A DNA stretch of 63,946 nt, the filler included, from Rozella allomycis CSF55 (taxonomy: Eukaryota), in the NCBI GenBank assembly GCA_000442015.1. It is 13 parts of 12 records of this genome, joined end to end, with 100 filler letters (N's around TTAATTAATTAA, not from the genome) between each part and the next. Parts side by side here need not be neighbours in the genome. Positions count along the whole stretch, not along the records: positions 10,295 to 23,737 come from KE560793.1; positions 23,838 to 32,196 come from KE560795.1; 11 more parts are not named here. One strand, 5' to 3'. Below the pieces are notes generated by a model that was given only the letters and a program-made list of their open reading frames with translations, did no database searches and had not been told where the DNA came from. The translations under genes and the position numbers were made by a program. How positions within the stretch are numbered: the stretch's first letter is position 1; each line of letters begins with the position of its first letter. Shown here piece by piece: positions 12,318-24,354 of this stretch.

Positions 12318-13777
12318 TTAATTTGTACTTTGCAGCCAGAATGAAAGATATAAAAGTTCAGGGGCTAAATCTGGACTCAGTTTGGCAAATTTATGATCGG
12401 TTTCGAATTGCCCACCTTCATATTTGAGAAAGAAAACCTGGAAATTCATTACGCTACCCCAAACTGAAACCTTTCGAAATAATAATTCTTCCAACTCCGC
12501 ATGCCATGTATCGATGTCTTCCTCCTCATCACCACTAAACGCTGGAAGATTCAACAAAAAACCGTAGTAAGTCGGCTTTTTTTGTTTGTTAATGATATTT
12601 AAATGTTTGCTGGAGTATAATTGATCCATTTGATTTATGACGTCATCTTTCTGTTCTGTAGCTAATGTTAAAACTAAGTCATAATTGTTTCTAAAAGATA
12701 TAAAATTGAATAATTTACTTTTCATTGTATTCAGTTTCAATTTCACTTATGTATCTTTTGAATTCTTTTTCAACTAAATTGCTCTTTACGAAATTCCCAA
12801 CAAGAAGCCCTCTTTCTACTTTTTCCAACCCTCCGTGATGACGAAAATGTGATCTACAAAGATACTCAACCCACAATTGAGTTTTGATTTCATTGCCGTT
12901 TTGGTTTGTTATTATATTTGATAATGGCCCACTTAATCTAACATGAACTCGAGAGCGAATCCTATCAAAATTTGGCATTGATCTCTTTTTTAGGTGTTTA
13001 ATCGTCATATATTTTGTTTGAACAAAACTAGCTATAATTCTATTTTCGTCTATTTGCTTAGGCGAATTCAAATTTTCTCTACTCAAAGCCAAATGACGGA
13101 CATTTAACCAATCAGCAACTTGTATCCAGTTTAACACTCTATGAATAGATGAGGGTAATCTATAATAATGATTTTGATAGGGTACCTATGATATTCAGTC
13201 TTGTTCCACATGTATGAATGTTCCAAATCAAATAGAAAAACATCCATTCCTATCTCTGCACATTCTAATGCTATAGCTAAAGAATCATCGACTATAGCAA
13301 ATGCTCCGAGCTCTTGACAAATTGTAGACTTGCTTTTTGGCACCAAATTCTTTTTCTCTTCCTCGCTTAAATAGTGATTCCCAAAGTATACTCCCTTGAA
13401 AATTCCCGGGTAATACCTTTCAATAAATTGTATCGTTTTTTCTTTTATCGTTTCCTGTCTTGAGGTCACGACTACGAGATCAAACTTGAATTGTAACGCC
13501 TACAATAAACTTTTCTTCACGAACATACTTTTAAAACTTCAAAGGCGCAAGGAACTGGTCTAACATTATCAAAATGTTCGCTATTGTAAAATATTCTTGT
13601 AATTTCTATAGATTCTTCAAGACTTACGTTCCAAACTTGCCAATAGCTGTATGAAGTAAAATCCGACAATTCTAAATTTGCATTGTAATTTTCATTGTAA
13701 AACTTTATCATTGCTTCATGAGTCATAGAGAGCACCTCATCAACATCAATAGCTAGGAGTGGTCTATTTATGGACAT
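12318..13777 (-). CDS. HAD-family 5'(3')-deoxyribonucleotidase (NT5C-like) with a long C-terminal extension; 3 tiny introns
   Basis: LAIDVDEVL (HAD motif I), VVTSRQ, PKSKS and AIVDDS. After a 26-nt intron the frame continues through ORF 12715-13137, then after a 28-nt intron into 12318. Confidence 0.72.
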
Positions 13778-13797
13778 TGCGAATTTTACAGAAATAG

Positions 13798-14917
13798 TCA
13801 GATCTCTCGGAAGATTACACAGTATGTGAACGAAGAATAAAATTTATGATGCGAATTTATTTTTTGATGCATTTCCAATATCGCCTCTTTCGCCAAATTC
13901 AAATTGTAAGATAGTAAAGGCCTTAAATTATTGAAATCTCCTGACATTATTGCTATCAAACATAAAAACCTTATTAAAATTAATAAAATATCTTCCTACT
14001 TATTGATTTGATAAAATAAAACTGTATAACCATTCGAGAGTGCCAATGTACATTCTCGATCAATAGGATTCAAAGATTGCGAGCCTTCTGAACTACGTTA
14101 AACCGCTTTGATGGATGATTACGAATAAATAAAAGTCAAGTCGATGACAACGTCTAGTATATCACTACATAAATCAAACGTTAACGGATCCACGGGGGAG
14201 CTGTCTGTGGCAAAATACAGCTTACAGCCAGGATCAAACAAGAAAACCTTATCACAAGATGTATTCTAAATACATTAAAGTCACATTCATTACCGCGCAA
14301 AATATATCTAAAATATTTTCAAATGAGCAAAGTGATGGAATTACACTTTGGATAACCAGACTGAAAGCCTCAAAAACCGAGTTGTCGTAAATTGATGTAA
14401 GATGATAGGCAATTGAAATGTCTGAAACACCGGCCTGTTCAAATTCGTCGGACATCCTTTGTTGAATATCCTGTCGAATTTCTCTCTGATATGCTTCTGA
14501 AAGACAGTCTATTTTATGGATAAAAACATGAATCTTCAACACACTTAAAGCAAAATTTTACTTTTAAATTAGAATTTAAAGAATTTAAAGATAAAACAAT
14601 GTTGTATAATCGACTTAAAGGGTCCAATAATTCATCTTGAGCGTCAATTACGAATAACAAAACTTGCATTTTCTTCAGAATCTCTCTAGAATTTTCATCA
14701 TTCCAAAATTCTGGATAGTCTATAACTGAAAATGGTATCAACGACGATGTGATTGACTCGGTTCGAATAGATGATGTTGTTTCAAGGAATAATGTTTCTG
14801 GTGGAGTGGCATCATGGAAAATAACTCTCAATATGCTTGATTTTCCACTTCTACAGTCAACAAAATGGAATATTGTTACCTTTTCAAGCCAAGTATTAAT
14901 ATTTGTGCATTCTGCAT
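13798..14917 (-). CDS. GTR2: Rag GTPase RagC/D (Gtr2) homologue, 5 tiny introns
   Basis: ILILGLKR|SGKSSI, PPETLFLETT, LLFVIDAQD, HVFIHKID, YHLTSIYDNSVFEAFSLVIQ and ATDSSPVD. The 3' end position is approximate. Confidence 0.88.
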
Positions 14918-15151
14918 TATGGAATTTTCAAAAATGAGCCCTTTATAGATTTCGCCTTAGTTAATGTCCATATACATTAGTAGTAAAGAATTTACGACTA
15001 ATCACGGGCTTGTAAATGCTTATTTTTTTCTAGAACCAATTAGCCATAGCCCATATTTGACTATAATCTTGTTAAAGATGAAAAAATGTTGATTATTCAT
15101 ATTCCATCAACTTAGAAACAAATAACATATTAAGATCAAGTTTTATTAATA

Positions 15152-16135
15152 TTAGCCAATTAAACTGCTTGTGTGAGTTGGCTTTTCAGCTGTTTGCGGT
15201 AAATCGACTTCCATAGGAGACAGTTGATTGTTTTCATTGACTGTGGTTAAAATTGGTATCATAGTTTGACTTGATCTTCTTCTCTGCATTAAAATGAAAT
15301 CTCTGCTATTTCTGCTAGGCCTTCTATTCTCTGAAGTTATATTTGAAACGGTAAATTTATAACTCGGTATTTTTGGAAACTTGTCGATGGAAGATTTTTT
15401 GGTGGCGAATTGCTTGAGCATGGCCTTTTTAGTCTCCCATTCAAGATATGAACCCAAATAGTTGAAAAGTTCCGATAGCATTTGAAACGTCCAGCCCTCT
15501 ACGAATCGTTCCATGAAGAATCTTTTTTGATCACTCCTTTTAAATTCGGACAGTATTGCTTTAATTAATTCAGCAATAAAGTGGGTATACCAACCGTCAG
15601 TCATTGATGTAATTAGTTTAATACGCCTTTCCAGTTCTCGTAATGAATGTTTGTAGCTTATACCCATCATCTTAAACGAATTCTCAGTATTATTTAAATA
15701 GATTTCATCCAATGAAGTATGGAGAAATGGCTCATATTGACTGTTACTGGGAGATGTTGCAGTCTCATTTTCTAGCTCCGATATGATAGCGGTGAGAGAA
15801 ACTCTTCTCTTATTTTTAAGCTGATTTTCATCTTCTTTTATTTCCCAAAAATCTTCAATGAATGTTTTTAATATGAATGTGGTGATAGTTCCCAAAGTCC
15901 ATTCTTTAATAAGCCATCGTAATCCATTAGATATTTGCCCGATAGAGTATTCATTCATGACCCGCCTAATTCCTGCGGATATACTTATGACGTTATTTTC
16001 ATTGATAATGTAATTTTCAAATTTGGCCTTGAAAAGACGATCCATAGCTTTAACATTATTTTTGACATCCTTCCAATCGGATCTATAAATGCGTGGTTGG
16101 ATATCTAAAGGTTTGGTATTAGGATAAGGCATCAT
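15152..16135 (-). CDS. Intronless hypothetical protein (327 aa)
   Basis: Long open frame with W-rich helical segments; no family recognised. Confidence 0.7.
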   Translation of the reverse strand: MMPYPNTKPLDIQPRIYRSDWKDVKNNVKAMDRLFKAKFENYIINENNVISISAGIRRVMNEYSIGQISNGLRWLIKEWTLGTITTFILKTFIEDFWEIKEDENQLKNKRRVSLTAIISELENETATSPSNSQYEPFLHTSLDEIYLNNTENSFKMMGISYKHSLRELERRIKLITSMTDGWYTHFIAELIKAILSEFKRSDQKRFFMERFVEGWTFQMLSELFNYLGSYLEWETKKAMLKQFATKKSSIDKFPKIPSYKFTVSNITSENRRPSRNSRDFILMQRRRSSQTMIPILTTVNENNQLSPMEVDLPQTAEKPTHTSSLIG

Positions 16136-16264
16136 GGTTGTTGTGATCGGAGTTCTGCGCTGTTTATATGAATCTCAAAACGTCGAATGAACATGAAAAG
16201 AACCAATAGAATCAAAGTCTAAAAATAGAAATATGAATAAAATTAGACAATTATGCAAATGAAT

Positions 16265-17817
16265 TTATTTAGCATTTTTGCTTAGATGACTTTGGGCATT
16301 TTGAAAAAGGCTTTTCCACATAAACGCCTGAGATAAAATAATTTCAATTTCCTTTTCAGACCACTCTTTGGTAGGCAATCCATTCTGTAAAAACAAAAAG
16401 ATCTCCTAGAAATTCCATTTTAGATTGTACGATACCTGAAAATCCATTGTTAATAACTTCTCTCGGAAACAATGCAAAAATGATGCACAGACGTAGATGT
16501 GAAACTCCGAAAACCCATTTTCTTCGCACTGTCTCTACTTTAATAGTATGTTACTAAATATGTGTCCCACATTCTGATGACTAAGTGAATAGGGATTTCT
16601 CTTAAGAGCAAACAATTAACCCATCGGAACGCAAATTGAATAAATTCAACTCCTTGATAGTGAAAATGGTCATAAAGTTGTTCTGATATTTATGCATTTT
16701 TCGCCTTACTATCAATTCGAAGCATTAGCTCCTTCAATTTTTGCACTTGTCTTTGTATTCCAGGTTGAGAGAATGTGTAATTATCCTTTCGAAAAGTTTA
16801 TTTAAATTTACTTGTATTCCATCTAAAAGTTTATTAAGACACCAATAGGAATCAGCTTCCACATTCTGCAGCTGAAACTCATCTATTTCAAAAGGCTTCC
16901 TTCCATTATATGATGAAAAATACTAAATACTTAATATTTTGATTATTGTTGCATGATATGAAAACATAAAAAAATGGAGTCACGAGATCATTTATACCTT
17001 GTACATAACCGCTGGCAGGATGCCGAATTGCCCAACAATATAGAATTCTTTCTAAAGCTTCTTGTATAACTTTTCTTTGAAATAATTCAACTTCTGGATT
17101 CGTTCTTGGCATATCAATATGTATCTTTGTTATCTAAGTAACTCTTCTGGTACTTGATGATAAGTTGTATGGTCCAACCCTTCCACGCCTTTTGCAAATA
17201 AGGTTGTTGCATTCTCAATATATTCCTTTCTCTTTCTCTCTAATGTAGATTTTCTTCTTTCTGAATTTACGGGAAGCAAACCCTTTATTGACTTTATAAA
17301 CCCATATGTACCAGTAATATTTGCCATATTTCCGCCCTAAATTCATTAGGTATCCCGTTCCAAGCCAGTTTTTTCAACTGGACTATAAAGTATAATGGTT
17401 CAAGTTACTGATATCAACGTTGGGTTGAAGTAGGATTGACTTAAATTTATCAGACCTTGAGAATCCAGAGTTTTCGTCACTTTTTGAAATATTTTTCACG
17501 GATTTCCTTTTTACTTCATCTTTAATGTCTTTCTCATCAGACAATAATATATGCGCTACCAATGTCTACACTCCAAACATCATCCTGATCACTCTTGGAC
17601 ATATGTTTTTCCACAATGTCATCATCATTCCTTTGCGTCCTTAATCTTCCAGTTAAGTTATTATTACAACATTTTTTCTAAGAACGATTTATTGCTTATA
17701 ACCGACATTTGCTTTAGTTCTATGGTATTGTTAGTAGATGAGTTTATTATCCTTGTTGAAAATTATATGTTCGTATTACTCTCCCGGTGCCTTAGTTTTT
17801 TTAAAAAATGAAGCCAT
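16265..17817 (-). CDS. GYP1: Rab-GAP TBC domain protein (Gyp1/TBC1D22), about 11 tiny introns
   Basis: LKKLAWNGIP, QIHIDMPRTNP, WAIRHPASGYVQGINDLVTPF, VEADSYW, GIQDNYTFSQPGIQ, FIQFAFRWVNC and RMWDTYL. Confidence 0.9.
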
Positions 17818-17934
17818 GTTTTTTGTCTCGGCAATTTGAAAATCTCTATTTTTAGAAAAATAAATGTAAATGATGGAACAATTTATTCATTTTGACTGAA
17901 ATACATAAATTATGCGTAGTAAAGTACAATGCTT

Positions 17935-18942
17935 CTAGTTTGTTTGTCCGAGAAATCCAAGAGAAAATAAGTCACTAGGTCCTTCGTTTCCATTCATAGA
18001 ATACAAGTATGAATCGGAATTCGAGAAAATGTCTAAAGCCTGTAGGTTTTGTGATTTTTCTATGTCTTTCAGGCTGTGAGGGACATGGTTGATTTCGGTA
18101 TGGCTATCATCTTTCATAAAGTGAGTACGCAGTGTGATACCTTTTAATGGTGCCTGGTTCTGAATTAGGAAAACATCTATGGGTCCATTATCTCGACTGC
18201 AAAGATGAATTTCGTATTTTGCGATGTCCTGGGAATTCTTCTTTCTATTATTCGTTATTATATTTACCACATCAGGGTCAGGAACCTCTAGTGAGCACCC
18301 TTTTGGTGCCTTCACCGCAAATAGCGTATCCTTTGAAAAACAATCGATACTACGAATATCAGAATGTGTGACGAAGGCAAGCCTACTTAATTATTAGTAC
18401 TATTTGTATACTTTTTATAGTCATCATTGAACTCCTGCGTCGAGAACGAACGTTCAATCAAAAATTTTTGGTCGTCTAAAAAGCTTTCTTCCTCTTGAAG
18501 TTCTTTAATTCTTTGCTGGAATCTTTTCAATTCATTTTCTTGTTCCTCTGGTAATTCTTCATTATTCACTCCTCTATTTACACACTTCACAATATCGAAC
18601 CTGTATTTAACACTGTTTTTTCCGACTTTGTCTAAAGTGCCTATCCCTTCCATCACATTTGTTATATCATATATTCTTCTCTTTGCAACGCCAAGCTGGA
18701 TAGCAGCTTGATTTAAATCAACTAAACCGTCTGGTGATTGCCTAATCAGGTTCAAAAACTTTTTAGATAAAGACCCTAAGGAACTCTCAGTTCTGGAACC
18801 TATTATACAAAAATACATACAAAATACCTTGGCCTGTTGATGAAGTTGTTGAATTTAGATCAGAAGTGATACAGATGTCCGAGTTTAATTTTCTCTTTCT
18901 ATTTGGATTTGTAACTCCTAAAGCAGGACTATGAAGAGTCAT
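17935..18942 (-). CDS. E2F: E2F transcription factor, 5 tiny introns
   Basis: RTESSLGSLSKKF...VDLNQAAIQLGVAKRRIYDITNVMEGIG (E2F DNA-binding domain), followed by LAFVT, AVKAP, LEVPDP and GPIDVFL (marked box). Confidence 0.92.
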
Positions 18943-19117
18943 TTAAGAAGAAAATTGTCAAAACCTGTATTTACGAATTTTCAAAAATGGCTGCCTTTCC
19001 AGGGTAAAATTTTTAAACTCCGATTTGAGAAAATACCAAAATCCTATATAAATTACCTGCCCGCGTTCCAAAATCAATTTATTGTTTTCGAGGAGGTTGC
19101 TAAGCAAAATATTTTTG

Positions 19118-21279
19118 ATGTCAGCGAAATACCCGATACCTTCTAAACCAACCATCAGACACTTTCCTTATGAACAATTTTCGCATGATACATCAAGGTC
19201 TTATTCAGCAGAAACTGGAGATCAGAATTGGAATTTTGATGGTAGTTCTACAACAAGTTCATCTTCCGCATTCATAGATCGTTCAATAGTACAGAGCGGA
19301 AAGGACGAAGTAAATTTGGAGTCACAGATTAGAGTTGTCGTTAGGTAATTATAATATCTATCTTTCACTCGAATTCGACCAATGAATGATTTAGAAAAAA
19401 GTAGAGATGATCGATACTCTGTTTTGGCACTTGATGACGGCCAGACTATTCAGGTATTCAAAAGTAATTAAGTTTTCTCCAGGTTACAATACCTGAAGGG
19501 CCACCAAAAGGTCTGACATTTCATAAGGTGCACACAGAGACCTGCACTCAAAAGCAACTGTTTGATGAAAGTGGCGTCATAAATCTTTTAGACCGAGCAT
19601 TGGAAGGGTTAGATTTATTATTTATTGTTATGAAGTTACTCAGTAACTATATTTGCCTACGGCCAGACAAGTTCTGGAAAAACTTTCACGATGACAGGAC
19701 CGGACATTGATGAACCTTTACCATCCGATCAACAGGGTTTAATACCACGGGCTTTGCATTATATATATGCTAAGATAGCCCAGAATAAACAAGCTCATTA
19801 TACCGTGAGATCATCATACCTTGAAATTTACAATGAACAAGTTAGAGATTTGCTCAATATTGGTGGTGCATTAACTCTACCAGTTAGATGGAAACAAGAC
19901 AAAGGATTTTATGTTGAAAATATTTTTGTTGTCGAATGTGATGTATTAGATGATAACTTGGCAGTGTTGGAAGAAGGTACTTATATAAATGCGGGGATCA
20001 TCAAAGGACTAAGAAACCGTAAAACTGGCTCACACAGATTAAATGAAAACTCTAGTCGATCTCACTCGATTATGTCGGTTTACCTGGAAATCGAGAACAT
20101 AGATCCAGATGATAATCGTCTTATTAAGCGAACAGGGAAAATTAGCTTTGTGGATCTTGCAGGCTCAGAGAAAGTGAAGGAGAGCCAGGCTTCAGGGGGG
20201 ACATTTAATGAAATGCTAAATATTAACAAGAGCTTGTTGACGTTAGGTAATTTGATCATTAGTACTATAACAAGGAAATTGTATCTCCGCACTATCAGAT
20301 CCTAAAAAGAAAAATGGTCATATTCCTTTTAGAGATAGTAAGCTAACGAAGCTATTAGCAGATTCATTGGGTGGGAATGGTTACACACTTATGGTAATTC
20401 ATCATTATCATGCATATGGCAGATCGCTTGTATTTCTCCTTCTTCATATAACCTAAACGAAAGTTTGAAAACTTTGAGATATGCAAACAGAGCCAAGAAC
20501 ATTAGGAACAAACCAGTGATCCAAATGGATCCTAGAGATGAAGTATCTTAATGGGTAGTTTAGAATAGTTAATTATGCAATACAAAAGAGAGAACAAAAT
20601 TCTTAAATCGGAGAATTTATATCTTCGCAATCTTTCTGGGCTTGGAACTGCCGATTTGTCACATTTGCATGGAGATCCTGAGACTGTATCAAAGCTAGTA
20701 AGACATTAATGGTTGAATTTTAAGACTGCTACCATGTTAAATTTAAAACCAAGTTTTCTACCTACTGTTCCTAATAGAAATACAAATGGTAATTACGTTT
20801 CTTGGCAATAAACAGAAAGTTCGAAGCAGATTCTTATTAATTTAGAAAAAGAGTTAGAATTCACTAAAAAAGAGAATGTAGAATGGGTAAATGTTTTTTA
20901 ACTTAGTCTAACCTGCAATCACAGAAGAATATGACAGAAATAAGACTGAAAGATGTAATGGAAGAAAATGAGATGTTATCACTAAAACTTGAAAGATTGG
21001 AAAAAGTATTTTTGGGAAAAGAAACCAATTTATCGCCGGAATCAGAGTCATCAACACATGATTCAAATACAAAACCTGATATGCTTGGGAACAAACCTGT
21101 CCACTATAAAAAAGGGTAAATATGCAATTCAAACGTCAATAAATAGTGAGAGAGATGATCAAAAGTCAAGTACAACTGAAAAAGCGCCGTCGTTATCAAA
21201 CGTTGTCATGTCCAAGCAAAAGCTCCAAAAAGAGCTACAGTACCTAGATAATGAAATTCAAAGCTTAACTAAAAAATAA
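19118..21279 (+). CDS. Kinesin motor protein (KIF12-like), about 11 tiny introns
   Basis: [61 protein letters not shown] and [11 protein letters not shown], with a coiled-coil tail. The subfamily call is tentative. Confidence 0.9.
19345..19371 (+). other. 27-nt GT-CG intron in kinesin
   Basis: ag|gtaattataatatctatctttcactcg|a att cga cca restores the conserved VVVRIRP. An in-frame TAA lies inside and there is no AG in the segment. Confidence 0.82.
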
Positions 21280-21348
21280 AATAATTGTGCAATATTTATA
21301 TGGTGTTAATTTTGAATTAGCCACTACTCATTATTGTTTATAAATTCA

Positions 21349-22736
21349 ATGCAAACCTCTCGAATTTATTTATGGGGACACTCTGGTTCCGTAAATAGTC
21401 AAAAAATTAATAGATAGGTTAATAATGAAGCCAGATCAATAAAAGAGCCCAAAGAACTTGAATGCTTTGAATCAAAGGGTTTAACATCAGTGTCATGTGG
21501 TGCTTTACATACTTCGTTTTGTTTTGATGAGAAAGAACTTTACATGATGGGCCATGGTGAATCAGGACAACTTGGAAATGGACTGGGTACATCTTCTTTC
21601 GAGATACCTGTGCATGTGAAGTTGCCCATCAGCTCGGAAGGCAAAATTATTTCTGTTTCTTGTGGATACAGACACACAATAGTACTTACAAGTGAGGGTG
21701 TATATGGTTTCGGAGTAAGAAGCTCTGCAAAAACTTATTAGTGCAATTACGAGGGACAATTGGGCCTTGGATATGAAGAAGACTTAATACCGAATAAGGC
21801 TCTCGTCCCAAGAAAAATAACTTTCTTAGATCCTTATGATGTGGTCGCTGTTGCTTGTGGTTCCAGACATACTCTTTTTTTGTTATCAAATGGACAGATT
21901 TTGGGGACTGGGTAAGGCAAATTTTGTCGATATATAAGCTACAATGCACACGGGCAACTTGGTTTAAATTCAAGAAGAGATTATAATGCCCCTGCTGTGA
22001 TAGAATATTTGGAAAATGCCAATATAGTCAAAGTTACAGCGGGAGAGTTACATTCAGCAGTGTTAACAAGTACTAGGTATTTTAGACTCCAAATATAGCC
22101 TGCGGAGAGTTATATGTATTCGGGTTAGGAAGAGCTGTTGGGTTCGCTGAAGACTGCTTGGTACCAACGAAAATAGACTTTGGGACTCATGAAATAGTAA
22201 GAGATGTACAATGTGGTGCCAGCCATACCTTGGTTCTTACAAGTACACTTTTTATTCGATTTAACATTTAGAACAAGGCGACGTATATTCCTTTGGTGCT
22301 GGTTCCCATGGCCAGCTGGGCATTGGCAAAGTCTGTGTTAAACCCCAGCGCCCACAATTAATCAAGGATCTAGTTGGTAAATATGTTACTGATATTTCCG
22401 CTGGAGTTAGATTCAGTATTGCTGCTACAGGTATCAAATGATGTCCCCTAAAACGTAGCTGATGGTGATGTTTATGGATGGGGTGAAAATGTTGACAACG
22501 TTTTTTGTGTTGGGAAAGAAAACGAAATCCAGGTTAAACCAAAGAAAATTTCCCACTTTGATAAATCCAAAGTAGTTGGAATCGAATGCGGTGGTTGGCA
22601 CGTAATTGCTATAGTCAAGGGAGAGAAAGATCCAAAGGGTACAGATTATGCGTGTTTTTTAATAGCACATGTGAAGGATATCTTGAACGAGGACCCAAAA
22701 TTATCCCTTGCGTTAGGCGATAGACGGAAGTGTTAA
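21349..22736 (+). CDS. RCC1-repeat protein, 7 tiny introns
   Basis: Repeated VSCGALHT / VACGSRHT / VTAGELHS / VQCGASHT and GQLG motifs once 27-29-nt GT-AG introns are removed. Confidence 0.88.
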
Positions 22737-22762
22737 GTAATAAATAATATCACCTAAGTATA

Positions 22763-22834
22763 TCTCCCATGGTGTAATGGTTAGCACTTTGGACTTTGAA
22801 TCCAACAATCTGAGTTCGATTCTCAGTGGGAGAG
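22763..22834 (+). tRNA. tRNA-Gln(TTG)
   Basis: Acceptor stem TCTCCCA/TGGGAGA, D-arm TGGTGTAATGGTTAGCA, anticodon loop CTTTGAA, GTTCGA T-loop, downstream T-run. Confidence 0.95.
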
Positions 22835-23039
22835 TCGTTTTTAACTTTTCACACCTACCCACTTTCTTCCTTGCTTCTTTGAATAAATCTAAACCACTCA
22901 TATCAATCTTAAAATCCAACTAAAACAAAACATGATGTAGTTACGTTCCGTTGGAATGAAAGAGGTAGGGCTCCGCACACAAACAAACTATTTGCAAATA
23001 CCTTGTTTATTAATTTTCAATTTTAAAGCTACGATTCTA

Positions 23040-23737
23040 AACAAATGCATGCCATAACTGTCTCTGCGCATAACGAGCAACAAAAGTCAGTTATCAAATG
23101 TCAAGATGGACTAGCTCTGAGCTCTCTGAACCCCTTGGATTTAATCATGGCAAACGACTGACCACAAATTCGACAATCTGCTCGGCAAAAGACTCTTGCG
23201 TGAACACAGAACTCATTCTGTGCATTTTTCGCAAATGTCAGACACAGCGTCGTCTTACCAGCTTGCACTCTTTCGCATTGGATGTTGTGTCCCCTTGCGC
23301 AGCGTAGTGCGTACGTAAGGAGATTCGACGTCGTCTTTGGATTATGCTTAAGCATCTTAAAAGGGATTTGGCCTTGGTACTATTCTCTTCCAGCGTGAAT
23401 GTCTTCCAGACGTCTGATGCTTGTTTGCCATAGGCAGGTGCAGAAGTAGATGCGATATTGCTGACAGAGTCAGTTACTTCAANTCAAATGTCAAGATGGA
23501 CTAGCTCTGAGCTCTCTGAACCCCTTGGATTTAATCATGGCAAACGACTGACCACAAATTCGACAATCTGCTCGGCAAAAGACTCTTGCGTGAACACAGA
23601 ACTCATTCTGTGCATTTTTCGCAAATGTCAGACACAGCGTCGTCTTACCAGCTTGCACTCTTTCGCATTGGATGTTGTGTCCCCTTGCGCAGCGTAGTGC
23701 GTACGTAAGGAGATTCGACGTCGTCTTTGGATTATGC
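23040..23737 (-). mobile_element. hAT-like transposase remnant
   Basis: SDVWKTF (BED-finger-like) and SFAMIKSKGFRELR (compare hAT PFS.VE..GF.EL). Frameshifted; duplicated across N at 23483. Confidence 0.45.
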
Positions 23738-24354
23738 NNNNNNNNNNNNNNNNNNNNNNNNNNNNNNNNNNNNNNNNNNNNTTAATTAATTAANNNNNNN
23801 NNNNNNNNNNNNNNNNNNNNNNNNNNNNNNNNNNNNNTAGTTTCAATTCATCTTACTTTCATCTTTTAAGACATCCAACCATCCATTCATTAGGTACTGG
23901 GTATCAATATCTTTATTACCTCACGCTGCGTTTGGGGCATATATGTTGAAGTTTTACATACATTGTATTTCAGGCACCAAGTTCAAAGTCACCCTTTAGT
24001 GTAGAAGTTTAGTAATGACTTCAAAATTACCGCATGTGTTTGTTTCTGACAAACTGCTTTGACGGCCAATTCACGGTCAAGACGGACATCTGACTCACTA
24101 TTGTGACTATGGTAGATAATTATACGTCAAACAAATGCTTTGACGTTACCATCAAAAAACTGGTTGCCATTGTAAACAATGGAGGAAAAAAGGTTTTCCT
24201 CATGACCAAATCCGGAAGCCGACATCTCACTCTTATCCAACCTGAAAACAGTTAGGGTAATGTGGCGTGTTCGAAATAAAGCGACACGTCACTAAAAAAG
24301 GTGTGATGGAGCTTTTGTAACAGCCACCAAATTTAATTGACAACAACAGGAGCA

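Noticed and set aside
17530-17570. Additional non-AG intron candidates in GYP1 (also ~16900-16930), GTR2 (~14093-14122) and kinesin (~20878-20915)
   Set aside because: A frame-restoring GT-AG alternative of 29-31 nt exists in each case and local conservation is too low to decide.
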